Positions 20,039 to 32,507 of a DNA stretch of 64,000 nucleotides are shown in pieces. The stretch is from an uncultured Gemmatimonadaceae bacterium (GTDB lineage Bacteria > Gemmatimonadota > Gemmatimonadetes > Gemmatimonadales > Gemmatimonadaceae), in assembly GCA_963740355.1 (NCBI GenBank), contig CAVUDW010000002.1, positions 1,984,001 through 2,048,000 on the forward strand, written 5' to 3'. How positions within the stretch are numbered: the first letter of the stretch is position 1; each line of letters opens with the position of its first letter. The position numbers were made by a program, and so were the translations under genes. The notes under the pieces were generated by a model. That model did no database searches, was not told the DNA's origin, and was given only the letters and a program-made list of their open reading frames with translations.

Positions 20039-21205
20039 ATGATGCCGTCCGATGTGATATTCCCGCTCACCGAAGAGCAGCGCGAGATCAAGCGCACCGT
20101 GCGCGAGTTTGCCGCGGCCGAGGTGACACCGTTCACCGCGCAGTGGGACCGCGACAGCTATTTCGAACCAACGTTGGTGAAGAAGCTCGGTGATCTCGGC
20201 CTGCTCGGCATGCTGATCCCGGAGCAATACGACGGGCTCGGGCTCGACGCGCAGACGTACCTCATCGCGCTGGAAGAGATGTCGACACACGATGCATCGG
20301 TTGGCGTGATGATGAGTGTGCACAACTCGCTGCCCACGCAGATGATCCTCAACTACGGCACCGAGGAACAGAAGCAGCGCTGGTTGCCGCCGATGGCACG
20401 TGGCGAGATCCTCGGAGCCTTTGCGCTGTCGGAGCCCGAAGCCGGCAGCGATGCCAGCTCATTGCGCGCGCAGGCTGTGCGCGATGGTGACGACTGGATC
20501 ATCAACGGCACCAAGTCGTGGGTCACGCATGGCTCGTATGCTGGCGCGATTCTCGTCATGGCGCGCACCGATACCCCGGAGGCGCGGCGCGGCAGCAAGG
20601 GCATCTCGACCTTCATCATCACCCCCGACCTGCCTGGCTTCAGCGTCGGCAAGAAGGAAGACAAGCTTGGCATGCGCGCCAGTCCGACGGTGATGCTCAG
20701 CTTCGACGACATGCGGGTGCCGGCCGACCGGATGCTCGGCGCAGAGGGGATGGGATTCATCTACGCCATGCAGTCGCTCGATCACGGCCGACTCGGCATT
20801 GCGGCGCAGGCACTCGGCATCGCCAGCGCGGCAGCGGAAGCGGCACGTGTGTATGCGGCCGAGCGCAAGCAGTTCGGGCAGCCGATCAAGGATTTCCAGG
20901 CTGTGCAGTTCAAGCTCGCCGACATGGCCAGCCGCATCACCTCGGCGCGGGCACTGTTGTACGCCACGGCGAAGGCCAAGGATGCGGGCGAGTCCATCAC
21001 GCAGTTCGGCGCGATGTGCAAGCTTCTCGCGAGCGAGACCGCGATGTGGACCACCACCAATGCCGTGCAGATCTTCGGCGGCTATGGCTACGTGACCGAG
21101 TATCCGGTGGAGCGCCTGATGCGCGACGCCAAGGTCACGGAGATCTACGAAGGCACCTCTGAAGTCCAGCGCATCGTGATCGCGCGCGAGCTGTATCCCC
21201 GGTAA
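20039..21205 (+). CDS. Acyl-CoA dehydrogenase
   Basis: FALSEPEAGSD, QIFGGYGY and IYEGTSE motifs. Confidence 0.94.
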   Translation: MMPSDVIFPLTEEQREIKRTVREFAAAEVTPFTAQWDRDSYFEPTLVKKLGDLGLLGMLIPEQYDGLGLDAQTYLIALEEMSTHDASVGVMMSVHNSLPTQMILNYGTEEQKQRWLPPMARGEILGAFALSEPEAGSDASSLRAQAVRDGDDWIINGTKSWVTHGSYAGAILVMARTDTPEARRGSKGISTFIITPDLPGFSVGKKEDKLGMRASPTVMLSFDDMRVPADRMLGAEGMGFIYAMQSLDHGRLGIAAQALGIASAAAEAARVYAAERKQFGQPIKDFQAVQFKLADMASRITSARALLYATAKAKDAGESITQFGAMCKLLASETAMWTTTNAVQIFGGYGYVTEYPVERLMRDAKVTEIYEGTSEVQRIVIARELYPR

Positions 21206-21274
21206 GCGACTCTTCCTCATGACCGACCGACGGGCGCGTGGCGATGATGCTGCGCCATCGTCAATCTCAATAAT

Positions 21275-22354
21275 ATGAATCTCTTCGATACGATTTCTGC
21301 GATGGGCCACGAGCAGCTGGTGCTCGCCCATGACAAGTCGACTGGGTACCGCGGCATCATCGCGATCCATGACACGACCCTTGGGCCGGCGCTTGGTGGC
21401 ACGCGATTCTGGAATTACGCCAGCGATGAGGAGGCGATCACCGATGCGCTCCGCCTTGCGCGTGGCATGACGTACAAGAACGCCGTCGCAGGCCTGAACC
21501 TGGGCGGCGGCAAGAGTGTCATCATCGGCGACAATCGCACCACCAATCGCGAGATGATCTTCCGCGCCCACGGCCGCTTCGTGGACTCGCTCGGCGGACG
21601 TTATGTGACGGCCGAAGACGTTGGCACGGGTACGCTCGACATGGACTTCGTGCACATGGAGACGAACTACGTCTCCGGCTTGCAGGGGGCTTCGGGCGAC
21701 CCGTCGCCGGTCACGGCGCGCGGTGTGTTTCGCGCCATGCAGGGCACCGCGAAGTTCCGGTGGGGCAGCGATGACCTGTCGGGCAAGACCGTCGCCATTC
21801 AGGGCTGCGGCAATGTCGGGTTCAATCTCGCGCGCGAACTGCACGCCGTCGGCGCGAAGCTGATCGTGGCCGACATCGACGCCGAGCGGGTGAAGCGGGT
21901 CGTGGACGCGACCGGCGCACGCCCCGTGTCGGTGGCCGAGATTCTGGACCAGGATGCCGATATCCTCGCGCCCTGCGCTCTGGGTGGCGGGCTGAATGAC
22001 GAGACCATCCCCAAGCTGCGCGTCGAGCTGGTGGTGGGTGCCGCCAACAACCAGCTGCTCGAGGATCGCCACGGCGACATGCTGGAAGAGCGGGGGATCA
22101 CCTATGCCCCGGACTACGTGGTGAATGCCGGCGGCGTGATCAACGTCTACAGCGAGCTGGCCGGCTGGGATCGGACCCGGTCCCTCCGCAAGGCAGACGA
22201 GATCTACCAGACTATCCTTGGGGTGTTCGAGATTGCCCGCGCGGACGGCGTGAAGTCGCACGTCGCGGCTGATCGTCTGGCTGAGCGCCGGATTCAGGCC
22301 GTTCGCGGCATGGTCCGCACCTGGCCGTCGTTCCCCAACAAGTCGGAGAAGTAG
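21275..22354 (+). CDS. Leucine dehydrogenase (Glu/Leu/Phe/Val dehydrogenase family)
   Basis: GGTR, GMTYK, GGGK, GCGNVG and GAANNQL motifs. Confidence 0.92.
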   Translation: MNLFDTISAMGHEQLVLAHDKSTGYRGIIAIHDTTLGPALGGTRFWNYASDEEAITDALRLARGMTYKNAVAGLNLGGGKSVIIGDNRTTNREMIFRAHGRFVDSLGGRYVTAEDVGTGTLDMDFVHMETNYVSGLQGASGDPSPVTARGVFRAMQGTAKFRWGSDDLSGKTVAIQGCGNVGFNLARELHAVGAKLIVADIDAERVKRVVDATGARPVSVAEILDQDADILAPCALGGGLNDETIPKLRVELVVGAANNQLLEDRHGDMLEERGITYAPDYVVNAGGVINVYSELAGWDRTRSLRKADEIYQTILGVFEIARADGVKSHVAADRLAERRIQAVRGMVRTWPSFPNKSEK

Positions 22355-22359
22355 TCGCC

Positions 22360-22812
22360 ATGGCTGAACACATCCCGATCGGGTCGGACCACGCTGGCTT
22401 CGAGATGAAGGGGCACCTGGCCAAGGTGTTGACGAAGATGGGGTACGAGGTCGAAGACCTCGGGACCCACTCCGCCGAATCCACCGACTACGCCGATTTT
22501 GCGCATCCCGTCGCCCGGGAGGTGTCGTCTGGCGAGGCCAAACGCGGTATTCTCCTCTGCGGCACGGGGCTCGGCATGAGCTACGCGGCCAATCGCTGGC
22601 CGCATGTGCGGGCGGCGGTTGCCTGGACGCCGGAGGTGGCCAAGTTGTCGCGCGAGCACAATGACGCGAACATCCTGGTGATCCCGGCGCGTTGCATCAG
22701 TGACGAGGAAGGGGAACGGATTCTGGAAGCATGGCTCAACACACCGTTCGATGGAGGCCGGCACGAACGCCGGATCGCCAAGATCGAGCGGGCAGACGAG
22801 GGAGAAGCGTGA
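22360..22812 (+). CDS. rpiB: Ribose-5-phosphate isomerase B
   Basis: GSDHAG, CGTGLG, HNDANIL and GGRH motifs. Confidence 0.95.
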   Translation: MAEHIPIGSDHAGFEMKGHLAKVLTKMGYEVEDLGTHSAESTDYADFAHPVAREVSSGEAKRGILLCGTGLGMSYAANRWPHVRAAVAWTPEVAKLSREHNDANILVIPARCISDEEGERILEAWLNTPFDGGRHERRIAKIERADEGEA

Positions 22813-24110
22813 TGCAGCAGTGGAATGACTGGGACCGTTGCCCACCGGGCGCTGCGCTGCGTGCCGCCGATCCCGAGATCGCAGGGCTGATCGAAGCCGA
22901 GATCGTCCGGCAGAATGACGGCATCGAGTTGATCGCGAGCGAAAACTTCGTGTCGCCCGCCGTGATGGAGGCGATGGGTTCGCCGCTCACCAACAAGTAC
23001 GCCGAGGGGCTGCCGGGCAAGCGGTATTATGGCGGCTGCGAAGTGGTGGACAAGGTGGAGCAGCTGGCGATCGATCGTGTGAAGCAGCTTTTCAATGCCG
23101 AGCATGCCAACGTGCAGGCGCACTCCGGTGCGAGTGCCAACGCGGCAGTCTTTCTGGCATTCCTGAAGCCTGGCGACACCATCGTCGGCCTCGACCTGTC
23201 GCAGGGTGGTCACCTCACGCACGGCTCGCCGGTCAACTTCTCGGGCCTCAACTACAACGCGAAGCACTACGGCGTAACTGATGAAGGGCTCATCGATTAC
23301 GACGCGATGCGTGCAGTGGTTCGTGCCGAGAAGCCGAAGATGTTGATCGCCGGTTACAGCGCCTATTCGCGTGTGATCGACTATCAGGCTTTCCGCGATG
23401 CCGCCGATGAAGTGGGCGCGATCTTCATGGTGGACATGGCGCACTTCGCCGGTCTTGCCGCGACGGGTGTCTATCCGAGTCCGGTGCCGTTTGCCGATGT
23501 CGTCACGACCACCACGCACAAGACGTTGCGTGGTCCGCGAGGTGGCCTGATCCTGTGCAAGGAGCAGTTCGCCAAGGCGATCGACAAGGCGACCTTCCCG
23601 GGCACGCAGGGCGGTCCGCTGGAGCATGTGATCGCAGCCAAGGCCGTCGCCTTCCGCGAAGCGCTGCAGCCGGAGTTCACCGCCTATTGTCAGCAGATCG
23701 TGAGCAACGCCCGCACCCTGGCGGCCGAGTTGATCGCCATCGGCGGATCGATCGTGTCGGGCGGCACCGACAATCACCTGATGCTGATGGACCTGCGCTC
23801 ACGCGGCGTCGAGACGCTGACCGGCAAGCTGGCCGAGAATGCGCTCAATCATGCTGGCATTACGGTGAACAAGAACACCGTGCCGAAGGAGACGCGGTCG
23901 CCGTTCGTGACCAGCGGTATCCGGATCGGGACGCCGGCGGTGACCACGCGCGGGATGAAGGAGCCGGAGATGAAGCGGATCGCGTCGCTGATCGATCGTG
24001 TGTTGCAGGCGCCGGAAGACGAGGCGAACTTGCGCGCGGTCCATTCTGACGTGAAGGAGCTGGCCGCGGCGTATCCGCTCTACCCGGCGCCGGTTGGCGT
24101 GGAAGTCTGA
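22812..24110 (+). CDS. glyA: Serine hydroxymethyltransferase
   Basis: LIASENF, NKYAEG and [14 protein letters not shown] motifs. Confidence 0.97.
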   Translation: MQQWNDWDRCPPGAALRAADPEIAGLIEAEIVRQNDGIELIASENFVSPAVMEAMGSPLTNKYAEGLPGKRYYGGCEVVDKVEQLAIDRVKQLFNAEHANVQAHSGASANAAVFLAFLKPGDTIVGLDLSQGGHLTHGSPVNFSGLNYNAKHYGVTDEGLIDYDAMRAVVRAEKPKMLIAGYSAYSRVIDYQAFRDAADEVGAIFMVDMAHFAGLAATGVYPSPVPFADVVTTTTHKTLRGPRGGLILCKEQFAKAIDKATFPGTQGGPLEHVIAAKAVAFREALQPEFTAYCQQIVSNARTLAAELIAIGGSIVSGGTDNHLMLMDLRSRGVETLTGKLAENALNHAGITVNKNTVPKETRSPFVTSGIRIGTPAVTTRGMKEPEMKRIASLIDRVLQAPEDEANLRAVHSDVKELAAAYPLYPAPVGVEV

Positions 24111-24141
24111 TCCCGATGCTTTTCAGGTGAGGTAAGGCGAC

Positions 24142-24528
24142 GTGGCTGAGTTGGCGTTCAGGGAGGGCATCATGGAGCAGATTCGCTTGCGCGAGCCTCG
24201 TTTCCATGAGCACGCATTCCTTTTCGTGCTGGCGGCGCTGGAGCACAGCCAGCAGCGCCTCGCGGAGCGTCGCCATGTCTCGGGTCGCGAGCTGGCGGAG
24301 ACCTGTCGCGACCTGGCGATCGAGCGGTATGGTGTGATGTCACGCCTGGTGCTCGATCACTGGGGCATCCGTGAATCGGTACACTTCGGCGATATCGTGT
24401 TCGCGCTGGTCGACCTTGGCATGCTGATCAAGCAGCCGCACGACCAGCGCGAGGATTTTGCGGACGCCTTCGACTTCCGGCATGCGTTCGAGACGACGTA
24501 CCCGTGGCGGAACGTGCCGCAGGGGTGA
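24142..24528 (+). CDS. Minf_1886/TIGR04138-like uncharacterised protein
   Basis: RHVSGREL, VLDHWGI, FGDIVFALV and D.REDF motifs, recalled from this family. Confidence 0.7.
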   Translation: MAELAFREGIMEQIRLREPRFHEHAFLFVLAALEHSQQRLAERRHVSGRELAETCRDLAIERYGVMSRLVLDHWGIRESVHFGDIVFALVDLGMLIKQPHDQREDFADAFDFRHAFETTYPWRNVPQG

Positions 24529-24558
24529 CGTCGGTCGACGCGGCGTCGCGGAGCCGAT

Positions 24559-24882
24559 TCAGCGCTCCACAACCCGGAACTGCACGCCGGCGGCCGCCAT
24601 CACTTTCATGACGGTCGCGAAGCTCGGATTCCCCTCTTCATTGAGTGACTTGTAGAGGCTTTCGCGGCCAAGGCCGGTCTTGCGCGCGATCTCCGTCATA
24701 CCGACGGCACGCGAAACGGCGCCGAGCGCGTGTGCGAAAATCTCCGAGTCTTCCGGTCCGTCGAGCAGCAGCGCATCCAGAAACAGCGCTATTTGTCGGC
24801 GGCTCTTGAGATCGCCAACAATATCAAAGGGCAGGAGCTGCAGGGATTCGGGCTTCACCTTTTTCGATCGTGTTTTGGGCAT
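24559..24882 (-). CDS. Addiction-module antidote protein (HI1420-like, HTH)
   Basis: ALGAVSRAVGMTEIARKTGLGRESLYKSL..GNPSFATV; ATG overlaps the toxin stop. Confidence 0.88.
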   Translation of the reverse strand: MPKTRSKKVKPESLQLLPFDIVGDLKSRRQIALFLDALLLDGPEDSEIFAHALGAVSRAVGMTEIARKTGLGRESLYKSLNEEGNPSFATVMKVMAAAGVQFRVVER

Positions 24883-25184
24883 CAGTCGGTCTCGGCGCCA
24901 GCGGCGAGGAGCGCAGCGGCAGTGCGAATGTCGCGTTGCTGTGTCGACTTGTCGCCGCCAACCAAAATAAGAATCATCGATGTGCCCCGTTCGGCGTAAT
25001 AGACACGGATTCCAGAACCGATGTCGAGCTTCATTTCGCGAACGCCACCCGACAACACGCGGTACGATCCCGGGTTCCCCTCCGCGAGCCTCCACAGCCG
25101 GCTTCGCACACGCTCCCTCACCCGGTCATCGCGTAAGGCGTCGAACCAGTTTCGGAAACGAGACGTGGTCTGAATCTCTTTCAA
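24882..25184 (-). CDS. Addiction-module killer protein (HI1419-like, RelE/ParE superfamily)
   Basis: GNPG, GVREM, GIRVY and GGDKSTQQRDI motifs; probable TTG start with AGGA RBS. Confidence 0.88.
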   Translation of the reverse strand: MKEIQTTSRFRNWFDALRDDRVRERVRSRLWRLAEGNPGSYRVLSGGVREMKLDIGSGIRVYYAERGTSMILILVGGDKSTQQRDIRTAAALLAAGAETD

Positions 25185-25185
25185 G

Positions 25186-25205
25186 TTGTATCCTGTGAGA
25201 TACAA
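25186..25205. promoter_or_regulatory. Palindromic operator for the TA operon
   Basis: TTGTATC-N6-GATACAA perfect inverted repeat covering the toxin RBS. Confidence 0.7.
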
Positions 25206-25341
25206 TGCGCAAGTGATGATTTCCGGGCCTGTGGGCGAGCCTCCGACACAACTGAGATTGCTGGATGAGGTCAGCTGTACGTCAGCGACGCGTCGCCCAT
25301 TTCGTGCAGGCCGGGAGAGTCGACGGCACTAGATTCAGCGG

Positions 25342-26988
25342 GTGCTCACCACCGCGACGCAGTTGGATTTGCCCAAAGTGTTCCCGCGTATCCCCGTCGT
25401 CACCGCCCAAGCCGCGCGTGATCTCGATGCGCGTACAATTGCGACATTGCCGGATTCGTACAGCCTGATGCGTGTTGCCGCGCAGGCCGCAGCGCGATGG
25501 CTCGATCAGCGTGACGACCGAAGTGCGGCAGTGTTCGTCGGCCCTGGCAACAACGGCGGCGATGGCTGGCTGATCGCAGGTTTGCTGCGCGCGTCAGGTT
25601 GGAACATCACCCTGCACATCGCCGAGGCTCCGCGTACTGCCGATGCCCAACGTGCGCGCCTTGAAGCGGAGCACGACGGCGAATTTGCGGCGCCAATCGG
25701 CAGAGAGACGTTGATCATCGACGCCGTGCTCGGGACCGGTGCCACCGGCGAACTGCGCGGCAGCATCAAGACCGCGATCGACGAGCTGCGGCGGGTGTCG
25801 TCGCGAGAGTCTCGCACAGTGATCGCGATCGACATTCCATCGGGCCTCGACGCGACCACCGGTGTCGATGTGGGTGCTGTGCCCGCAGATCACACCCTCA
25901 CTTTCGGCAGCGTGAAACGGGGCCAGCTGCTGCGGCGCGATGTCGTCGGCGAGCTGCACCTGCTCGACATCGGGCTGGTCGACGCCGAGCCGTCGGAAGC
26001 GCGCCTCGTCGATGCTGCATCGGTGCGTGCATGGATTCCTCCTCTGGCGCCGGATGCGTACAAGGGGACCCGTGGTCGAGTTGCAATAGTCGGTGGCGAC
26101 GCCGGCATGGCGGGCGCGATCATCATCGCCGCGCGTGGTGCACATGCGAGTGGGGCCGGGATGGTGCGCGCCGATGTCGAAGCGGAGTCGATGCTGGCGT
26201 TGCAGATCGCTGCACCGTTCGCCACGGTGCACGCGTGGCAGCACAGCGACATGTCCAACGTCGACACACGCTGGCCGGATGTGATGGTCATCGGTCCGGG
26301 CCTGGATGGCACTGATCGCGCCGTTCGCTCCTCCGTGTTGGCACTCTTGCACGCCTATGACGGGCCCGTGGTGCTCGACGCCGGCGCGCTGACGGCGTTC
26401 CGCTGGACTGCGCCAAGCGACATCGACGAGATCGACGTCGCTGACGGCACCAACTCCGATCCGCTCGATGCGCTGCGGCACGCGCTGCGCGGCCGGCCGG
26501 CGTTGCTCACGCCACATCTCGGCGAGTTCGAGCGACTCTTCGCGCCCGGCACTGCGCCACGCGATCGTTTCGACGCGCCGGCAACACTCGCCGCTCGACT
26601 AAACGCCACAGTGCTGCTCAAAGGTGTACCGACCGTCATCGCTGCACCGGATGGATCGCGCTACGTGTCCGCGACCGGCAATCCAGCGCTCGCGATGGGC
26701 GGCACCGGTGACCTCCTCTCAGGGATCGCAGGGGCATTGCTGGCGCAAGGGCTGTCGCCACTCCACGCTGGCGCTGCGGCTGCGTGGGTGCATGGCACGG
26801 CAGCCGAGCAGGCAACGCAGTCGCATGGCACCTGGCGTGGCGTGACGATGGAACTGCTCTTGCACGAGGTGAGTAACGTGTGGCCCCGACTCTTTGCGCA
26901 CGATGCTGCGCGCGATCCGTCGCAACGCCCACAATCGTCACACGCGCCGCACACATTGCTCGACCTGCCTGCAGTCCCATGCCGATGA
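25342..26988 (+). CDS. nnr: Bifunctional NAD(P)H-hydrate epimerase/dehydratase (YjeF)
   Basis: GPGNNGGDG, DIPSG, TPHLGE and GGTGD motifs. Confidence 0.92.
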   Translation: MLTTATQLDLPKVFPRIPVVTAQAARDLDARTIATLPDSYSLMRVAAQAAARWLDQRDDRSAAVFVGPGNNGGDGWLIAGLLRASGWNITLHIAEAPRTADAQRARLEAEHDGEFAAPIGRETLIIDAVLGTGATGELRGSIKTAIDELRRVSSRESRTVIAIDIPSGLDATTGVDVGAVPADHTLTFGSVKRGQLLRRDVVGELHLLDIGLVDAEPSEARLVDAASVRAWIPPLAPDAYKGTRGRVAIVGGDAGMAGAIIIAARGAHASGAGMVRADVEAESMLALQIAAPFATVHAWQHSDMSNVDTRWPDVMVIGPGLDGTDRAVRSSVLALLHAYDGPVVLDAGALTAFRWTAPSDIDEIDVADGTNSDPLDALRHALRGRPALLTPHLGEFERLFAPGTAPRDRFDAPATLAARLNATVLLKGVPTVIAAPDGSRYVSATGNPALAMGGTGDLLSGIAGALLAQGLSPLHAGAAAAWVHGTAAEQATQSHGTWRGVTMELLLHEVSNVWPRLFAHDAARDPSQRPQSSHAPHTLLDLPAVPCR

Positions 26989-27943
26989 CCGATTCCACAC
27001 CGACGCCGGTGACGCTTGGCCCCGGACGCGAGTTTGCGTCCATCGCACGCTGGGTGCGGCAATGGGGGACACGTGCGCACGGAATTGGTGATGACGCCGC
27101 GATCCTCGATGTACCATCCGGAACACGACTGGTCGTCAGCACCGACACCACCACCGAAGACGTACACTTTCGTCGCCCGTGGCTCACCCCACTCGAGATC
27201 GGATGGCGTGCCGCCATGGCCGCACTCTCCGACCTCGCTGCGATGGGTGCGGAGCCGCTCGGTGTGCTGATCGCGCTCGGTGCCCCAGCGTCATGGGACG
27301 GCGCGCTCGACGAGGTGCTGCACGGAATTGGTGACGCGTGCGCGGCTGCCAAGGCGCCCATCATCGGCGGCGACACGACCCGCTCGCCGGTGCTCAGCCT
27401 CAGTATCACCGTGCTCGGCACGGCCACGGAGCCGATGCGGCGTGACGGCGCCAAGCCGGGCGACTGGATATACCTCACGGGCGCGCTCGGCGGCCCCGGC
27501 GCCGCTGTGGCGGCCTGGTACGCGGGCAAGACGCCGATGGCCACCCACCGCGCGAGGTTCGCCCGTCCGGTGGCAAGGCTGAGCATGGGTGCCTGGTGCG
27601 CGGCGAACGGCGCGACCGCCGCCATCGACCTCTCAGATGGCCTCGTCGCCGACGCCAGCCACATCGCAGCGGCCTCGGCCGCCAGACTGGTGATCGAGCT
27701 CGGCTCGCTGCCTGTTCTGGGCGGCGTGCTGGCCCGCGATGCGCTGGCCAGTGGTGAGGAGTACGAACTGCTGGTGACAGGGCCGGCCGGAATGGACGCC
27801 GCTGCCAAGGCCGCGCGGATTGGCACACTGACCCCGATCGGACGTGTGTTTGCCCCGACACCGGCCGAAGGATCAGGTGTGATCGTGCGGGACGGGCCGC
27901 GGCGCGTTGACCCCCCAGCCGGTTACGACCACCTTTCGCCGTA

Positions 27944-27944
<1 letters not shown>
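26985..27944 (+). CDS. thiL: Thiamine-monophosphate kinase
   Basis: GIGDDAA, SDLAAMGA, GGDT, DLSDGL and GEEYEL motifs. Confidence 0.94.
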
Positions 27945-30075
<2,131 letters not shown>

Positions 30076-30107
30076 TCGTGTTCGACGTGAACCGGGCGGG
30101 GCGCTAG

Positions 30108-30479
30108 GTGGCGCGCAAGCAGCTGACGGAAGAGGATCCGCCGAGGAAACGGCGGCCTCTCTTCTTTGCGCTCAAGCTCGCGTTCTGGATCGTGGTGGCG
30201 TACTTCGCGGTGGAAGGTGGCGAGTATGGCACCAGCGATTTGTTCAACGTGCGCGGTCGAATCGCGGAGACGAAGATCGCGATCGATTCACTGAAGCGTG
30301 ATGTCGATTCGCTGACGCTCGAGAAGAAGGACGTGATGACGAATCCGGCGGTGCAGGAGCGGATCGCGCGCGAGCAGTTCGGGATGGTGAAGGGTGATCG
30401 CGAGCTCGTGTATCACGTGTTGCCGCGGGATTCGGGCGCGGTGTCGCCGGACAGCATGGCGCGGGTGCCGTCGCCGTAA
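30108..30479 (+). CDS. ftsB: Septum formation initiator (FtsB/DivIC)
   Basis: TM plus coiled coil, ERIAREQFGMVK; follows eno as in many bacteria. Confidence 0.85.
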   Translation: MARKQLTEEDPPRKRRPLFFALKLAFWIVVAYFAVEGGEYGTSDLFNVRGRIAETKIAIDSLKRDVDSLTLEKKDVMTNPAVQERIAREQFGMVKGDRELVYHVLPRDSGAVSPDSMARVPSP

Positions 30480-30520
30480 GGATCGGCGCTAGCCCTTTGG
30501 CGTTCGGCAATCAAAGAAGA

Positions 30521-30555
30521 AACGCGGCGTCCTGAGTGAATCAGGACGCCGCGTT
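30521..30555. terminator. Hairpin between convergent genes, probable terminator
   Basis: 15-bp perfect stem AACGCGGCGTCCTGA/TCAGGACGCCGCGTT. Confidence 0.75.
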
Positions 30556-30620
30556 GTACTTCGTGGTACCGACGCGATGCTGGAACTGCTTCCTGCGGCG
30601 CGCGTGCTGACGACGATCGC

Positions 30621-31193
30621 TTACGCGGAGCGGCGGCGGCGTGAGACCACGGCCAAGCCAAGCAGGCCAGAGGCGAGCAGGACGTACGTCGACGGCTCCG
30701 GGACGACGTTCAGCGTACCGGTGTAGAGCGTCGCGTGCGAGAGGCCGTTCGGAATTTCATTGGCGTTGATGCTCACGCCGGACGTGACGTAGTTCACCGA
30801 GCTGACGCCCGCGCCACTATTGAGGAAGTAGTAGAGGCTGAACGCATTGCCGGCCTTGACGGCAAGGACGAACGGACCGGTGATGATGTTGTCGAACGTG
30901 AGCGTGCCGGAGATGCCGACGCCATTGCCCAGGAACGGGCCGGAGTTCGCATCATCGGACGAGCCGAGTGAGGACCAGGTCCCGCCGAACGCGGCGAGCT
31001 GAGCCGCAACACCGGCCTGCTGATTCTTGTTGTTGCCTTCGAAGGCGCCGAGGCAGCTGGTGGCGCCCATGTTGGCGATCGCGTTGCCGTTGTTGCACGC
31101 GGGTGAAACCGACGTCAGCTGTGCCGAGGCGCGCGACGGAAGCGCGACCAAGGTGCCGACGGTGAGCAGAGCGGTGAAGATGCGACGTCGCAT
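30621..31193 (-). CDS. PEP-CTERM sorting-domain surface protein
   Basis: Signal peptide ending ASAQ; C-terminal VPEPSTYVLLASGLLGLAVVSRRRR. Confidence 0.93.
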   Translation of the reverse strand: MRRRIFTALLTVGTLVALPSRASAQLTSVSPACNNGNAIANMGATSCLGAFEGNNKNQQAGVAAQLAAFGGTWSSLGSSDDANSGPFLGNGVGISGTLTFDNIITGPFVLAVKAGNAFSLYYFLNSGAGVSSVNYVTSGVSINANEIPNGLSHATLYTGTLNVVPEPSTYVLLASGLLGLAVVSRRRRSA

Positions 31194-31261
31194 GATGACC
31201 TGGTCATGGGATTTTTTGTGCGCAGGCGCAGGTGGGCGCGCTGCAACAACTGTCACTAGGG

Positions 31262-31277
31262 TGCAACGCTGATGCCA
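31262..31277 (-). promoter_or_regulatory. Sigma54 (-24/-12) promoter for the PEP-CTERM gene
   Basis: Minus strand TGGCATCAGCGTTGCA (GG-N10-GC). Confidence 0.7.
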
Positions 31278-31495
31278 CCGCGAACGTCGCCAGGAAGTCG
31301 CTGATCCGGGACGAAATGCGGACACTCTTGCCCGATTAGTTGATATATCGAGACGTATGGCGTTCTCTGCCGTGATACACGATGTGGCATTCGAGCGACA
31401 CCGTCGACGGCGGTGCTGCACATAGGCGCGCGGCCCGCGCAGGTGTGGCGGTCGGTCGGCAGTGCGATCGTGGCGAAATTTGCGTTCGAGGGCAG

Positions 31496-31523
31496 TTGAC
31501 TCTGCGGCGAGCCTGACTATCCT
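31496..31523 (+). promoter_or_regulatory. Sigma70-like promoter for tRNA-fMet
   Basis: TTGACT-N16-TATCCT, 10 nt upstream of the tRNA. Confidence 0.5.
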
Positions 31524-31533
31524 TCTGTTCTGC

Positions 31534-31607
<74 letters not shown>

Positions 31608-31610
31608 TAC

Positions 31611-31646
31611 ACAAACGGCCCGTCGAGTCATCGACGGGCCGTTTGT
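31611..31646. terminator. Bidirectional terminator hairpin
   Basis: 16-bp perfect stem ACAAACGGCCCGTCGA/TCGACGGGCCGTTTGT. Confidence 0.8.
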
Positions 31647-31664
31647 GCGTTCTACGCGAGTGCT

Positions 31665-32195
31665 TTACGGACGGGCCAGTGCGTTCACGACTTCGACGTC
31701 GAACACCAGCACGCTGTTCGGCGGGATGACGATGTTGCCGGCCTGGTCGCGCACCGTGGAGTACTGGTAGGCTGACTCCGGTCCGACCACCATCCGGCGC
31801 ACGCCGCCGACCTTGGCGCCGGCGAGGCCAGCGACCCAGCCCTTGATCAGGCGCACGGAATCGAGGACGGTGCCGAATGGTGCGCTGGGACGACCGAGCG
31901 AGTCGAAGCGGAAGCCGCCCGCCAGCTTGCCCGTGTAGTAGACCGAGATGCTGTCGCCCGGCACGACGGTACGGCCGGTGCCGACGGAGACATCCTGCGT
32001 GTAGACGTGCTGGTTGACGCGGGTCATGGTCGCGATGGTCACGCCCGTGGACGTGGCGTAGGTGACCGAGACGGGGTCGGTATAGGCGGGCAGCGTCGAG
32101 TCGCCACTGAGCGAGCACCCTGCGAGCGCGCTGCTGCTGGTGGCAAGGACGAGAGCCGTGGCGAGGCGTCGCGAGCGGACGAGAACTGAAGGCAT
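31665..32195 (-). CDS. FKBP-type peptidyl-prolyl isomerase, lipoprotein
   Basis: Lipobox LAGC; YTGKL, LIKGW and IPPNSVLVFDVEV motifs. Confidence 0.9.
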   Translation of the reverse strand: MPSVLVRSRRLATALVLATSSSALAGCSLSGDSTLPAYTDPVSVTYATSTGVTIATMTRVNQHVYTQDVSVGTGRTVVPGDSISVYYTGKLAGGFRFDSLGRPSAPFGTVLDSVRLIKGWVAGLAGAKVGGVRRMVVGPESAYQYSTVRDQAGNIVIPPNSVLVFDVEVVNALARP

Positions 32196-32346
32196 GTCGG
32201 GGTCCGGAAGGGACGGGAAGCGGGCGCGGGGAGCGGAACGGTGGGAGTGGCGTCTCGATATCGTGAAACGCCGGATGACTGAAGGTTACTACGGTTGCCC
32301 AAGCGGGCCAGAGCTGGCTATCTTTTGCGGCTCGCTGGACGTATGT

Positions 32347-32420
32347 GGCAGGGTAGCTCAGCTGGTTAGAGCACGGCACTCATAATGCCGGGGTCGCGGG
32401 TTCGAGTCCCGCCCCTGCTA
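32347..32420 (+). tRNA. tRNA with CAT anticodon, most likely elongator tRNA-Met; CCA not encoded
   Basis: GGCAGGGTAGCTCAGCTGGTTAGAGCACGGCACTCATAATGCCG..GGTTCGAGTCC; cloverleaf; CACTCATAATG arm as in elongator Met. Confidence 0.92.
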
Positions 32421-32438
32421 TTGCAAACGCAGACACGG

Positions 32439-32474
32439 AAGCCCGCCCCGTCCCTTATGACGGTGGCGGGCTTT
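32439..32474 (+). terminator. Terminator hairpin after the tRNA
   Basis: AAGCCCGCC..CCGTC/GACGG..GGCGGGCTTT followed by a T-rich tail. Confidence 0.65.
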
Positions 32475-32507
32475 GTGTTGTTCCTGACGAGAATTCTGGC
32501 AAACTCT

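Noticed and set aside
24526..25297. Direct repeats flanking the TA module (ACGTC..CGACGCG..TCGC)
   Set aside because: Too short and imperfect in GC-rich DNA to call a target-site duplication
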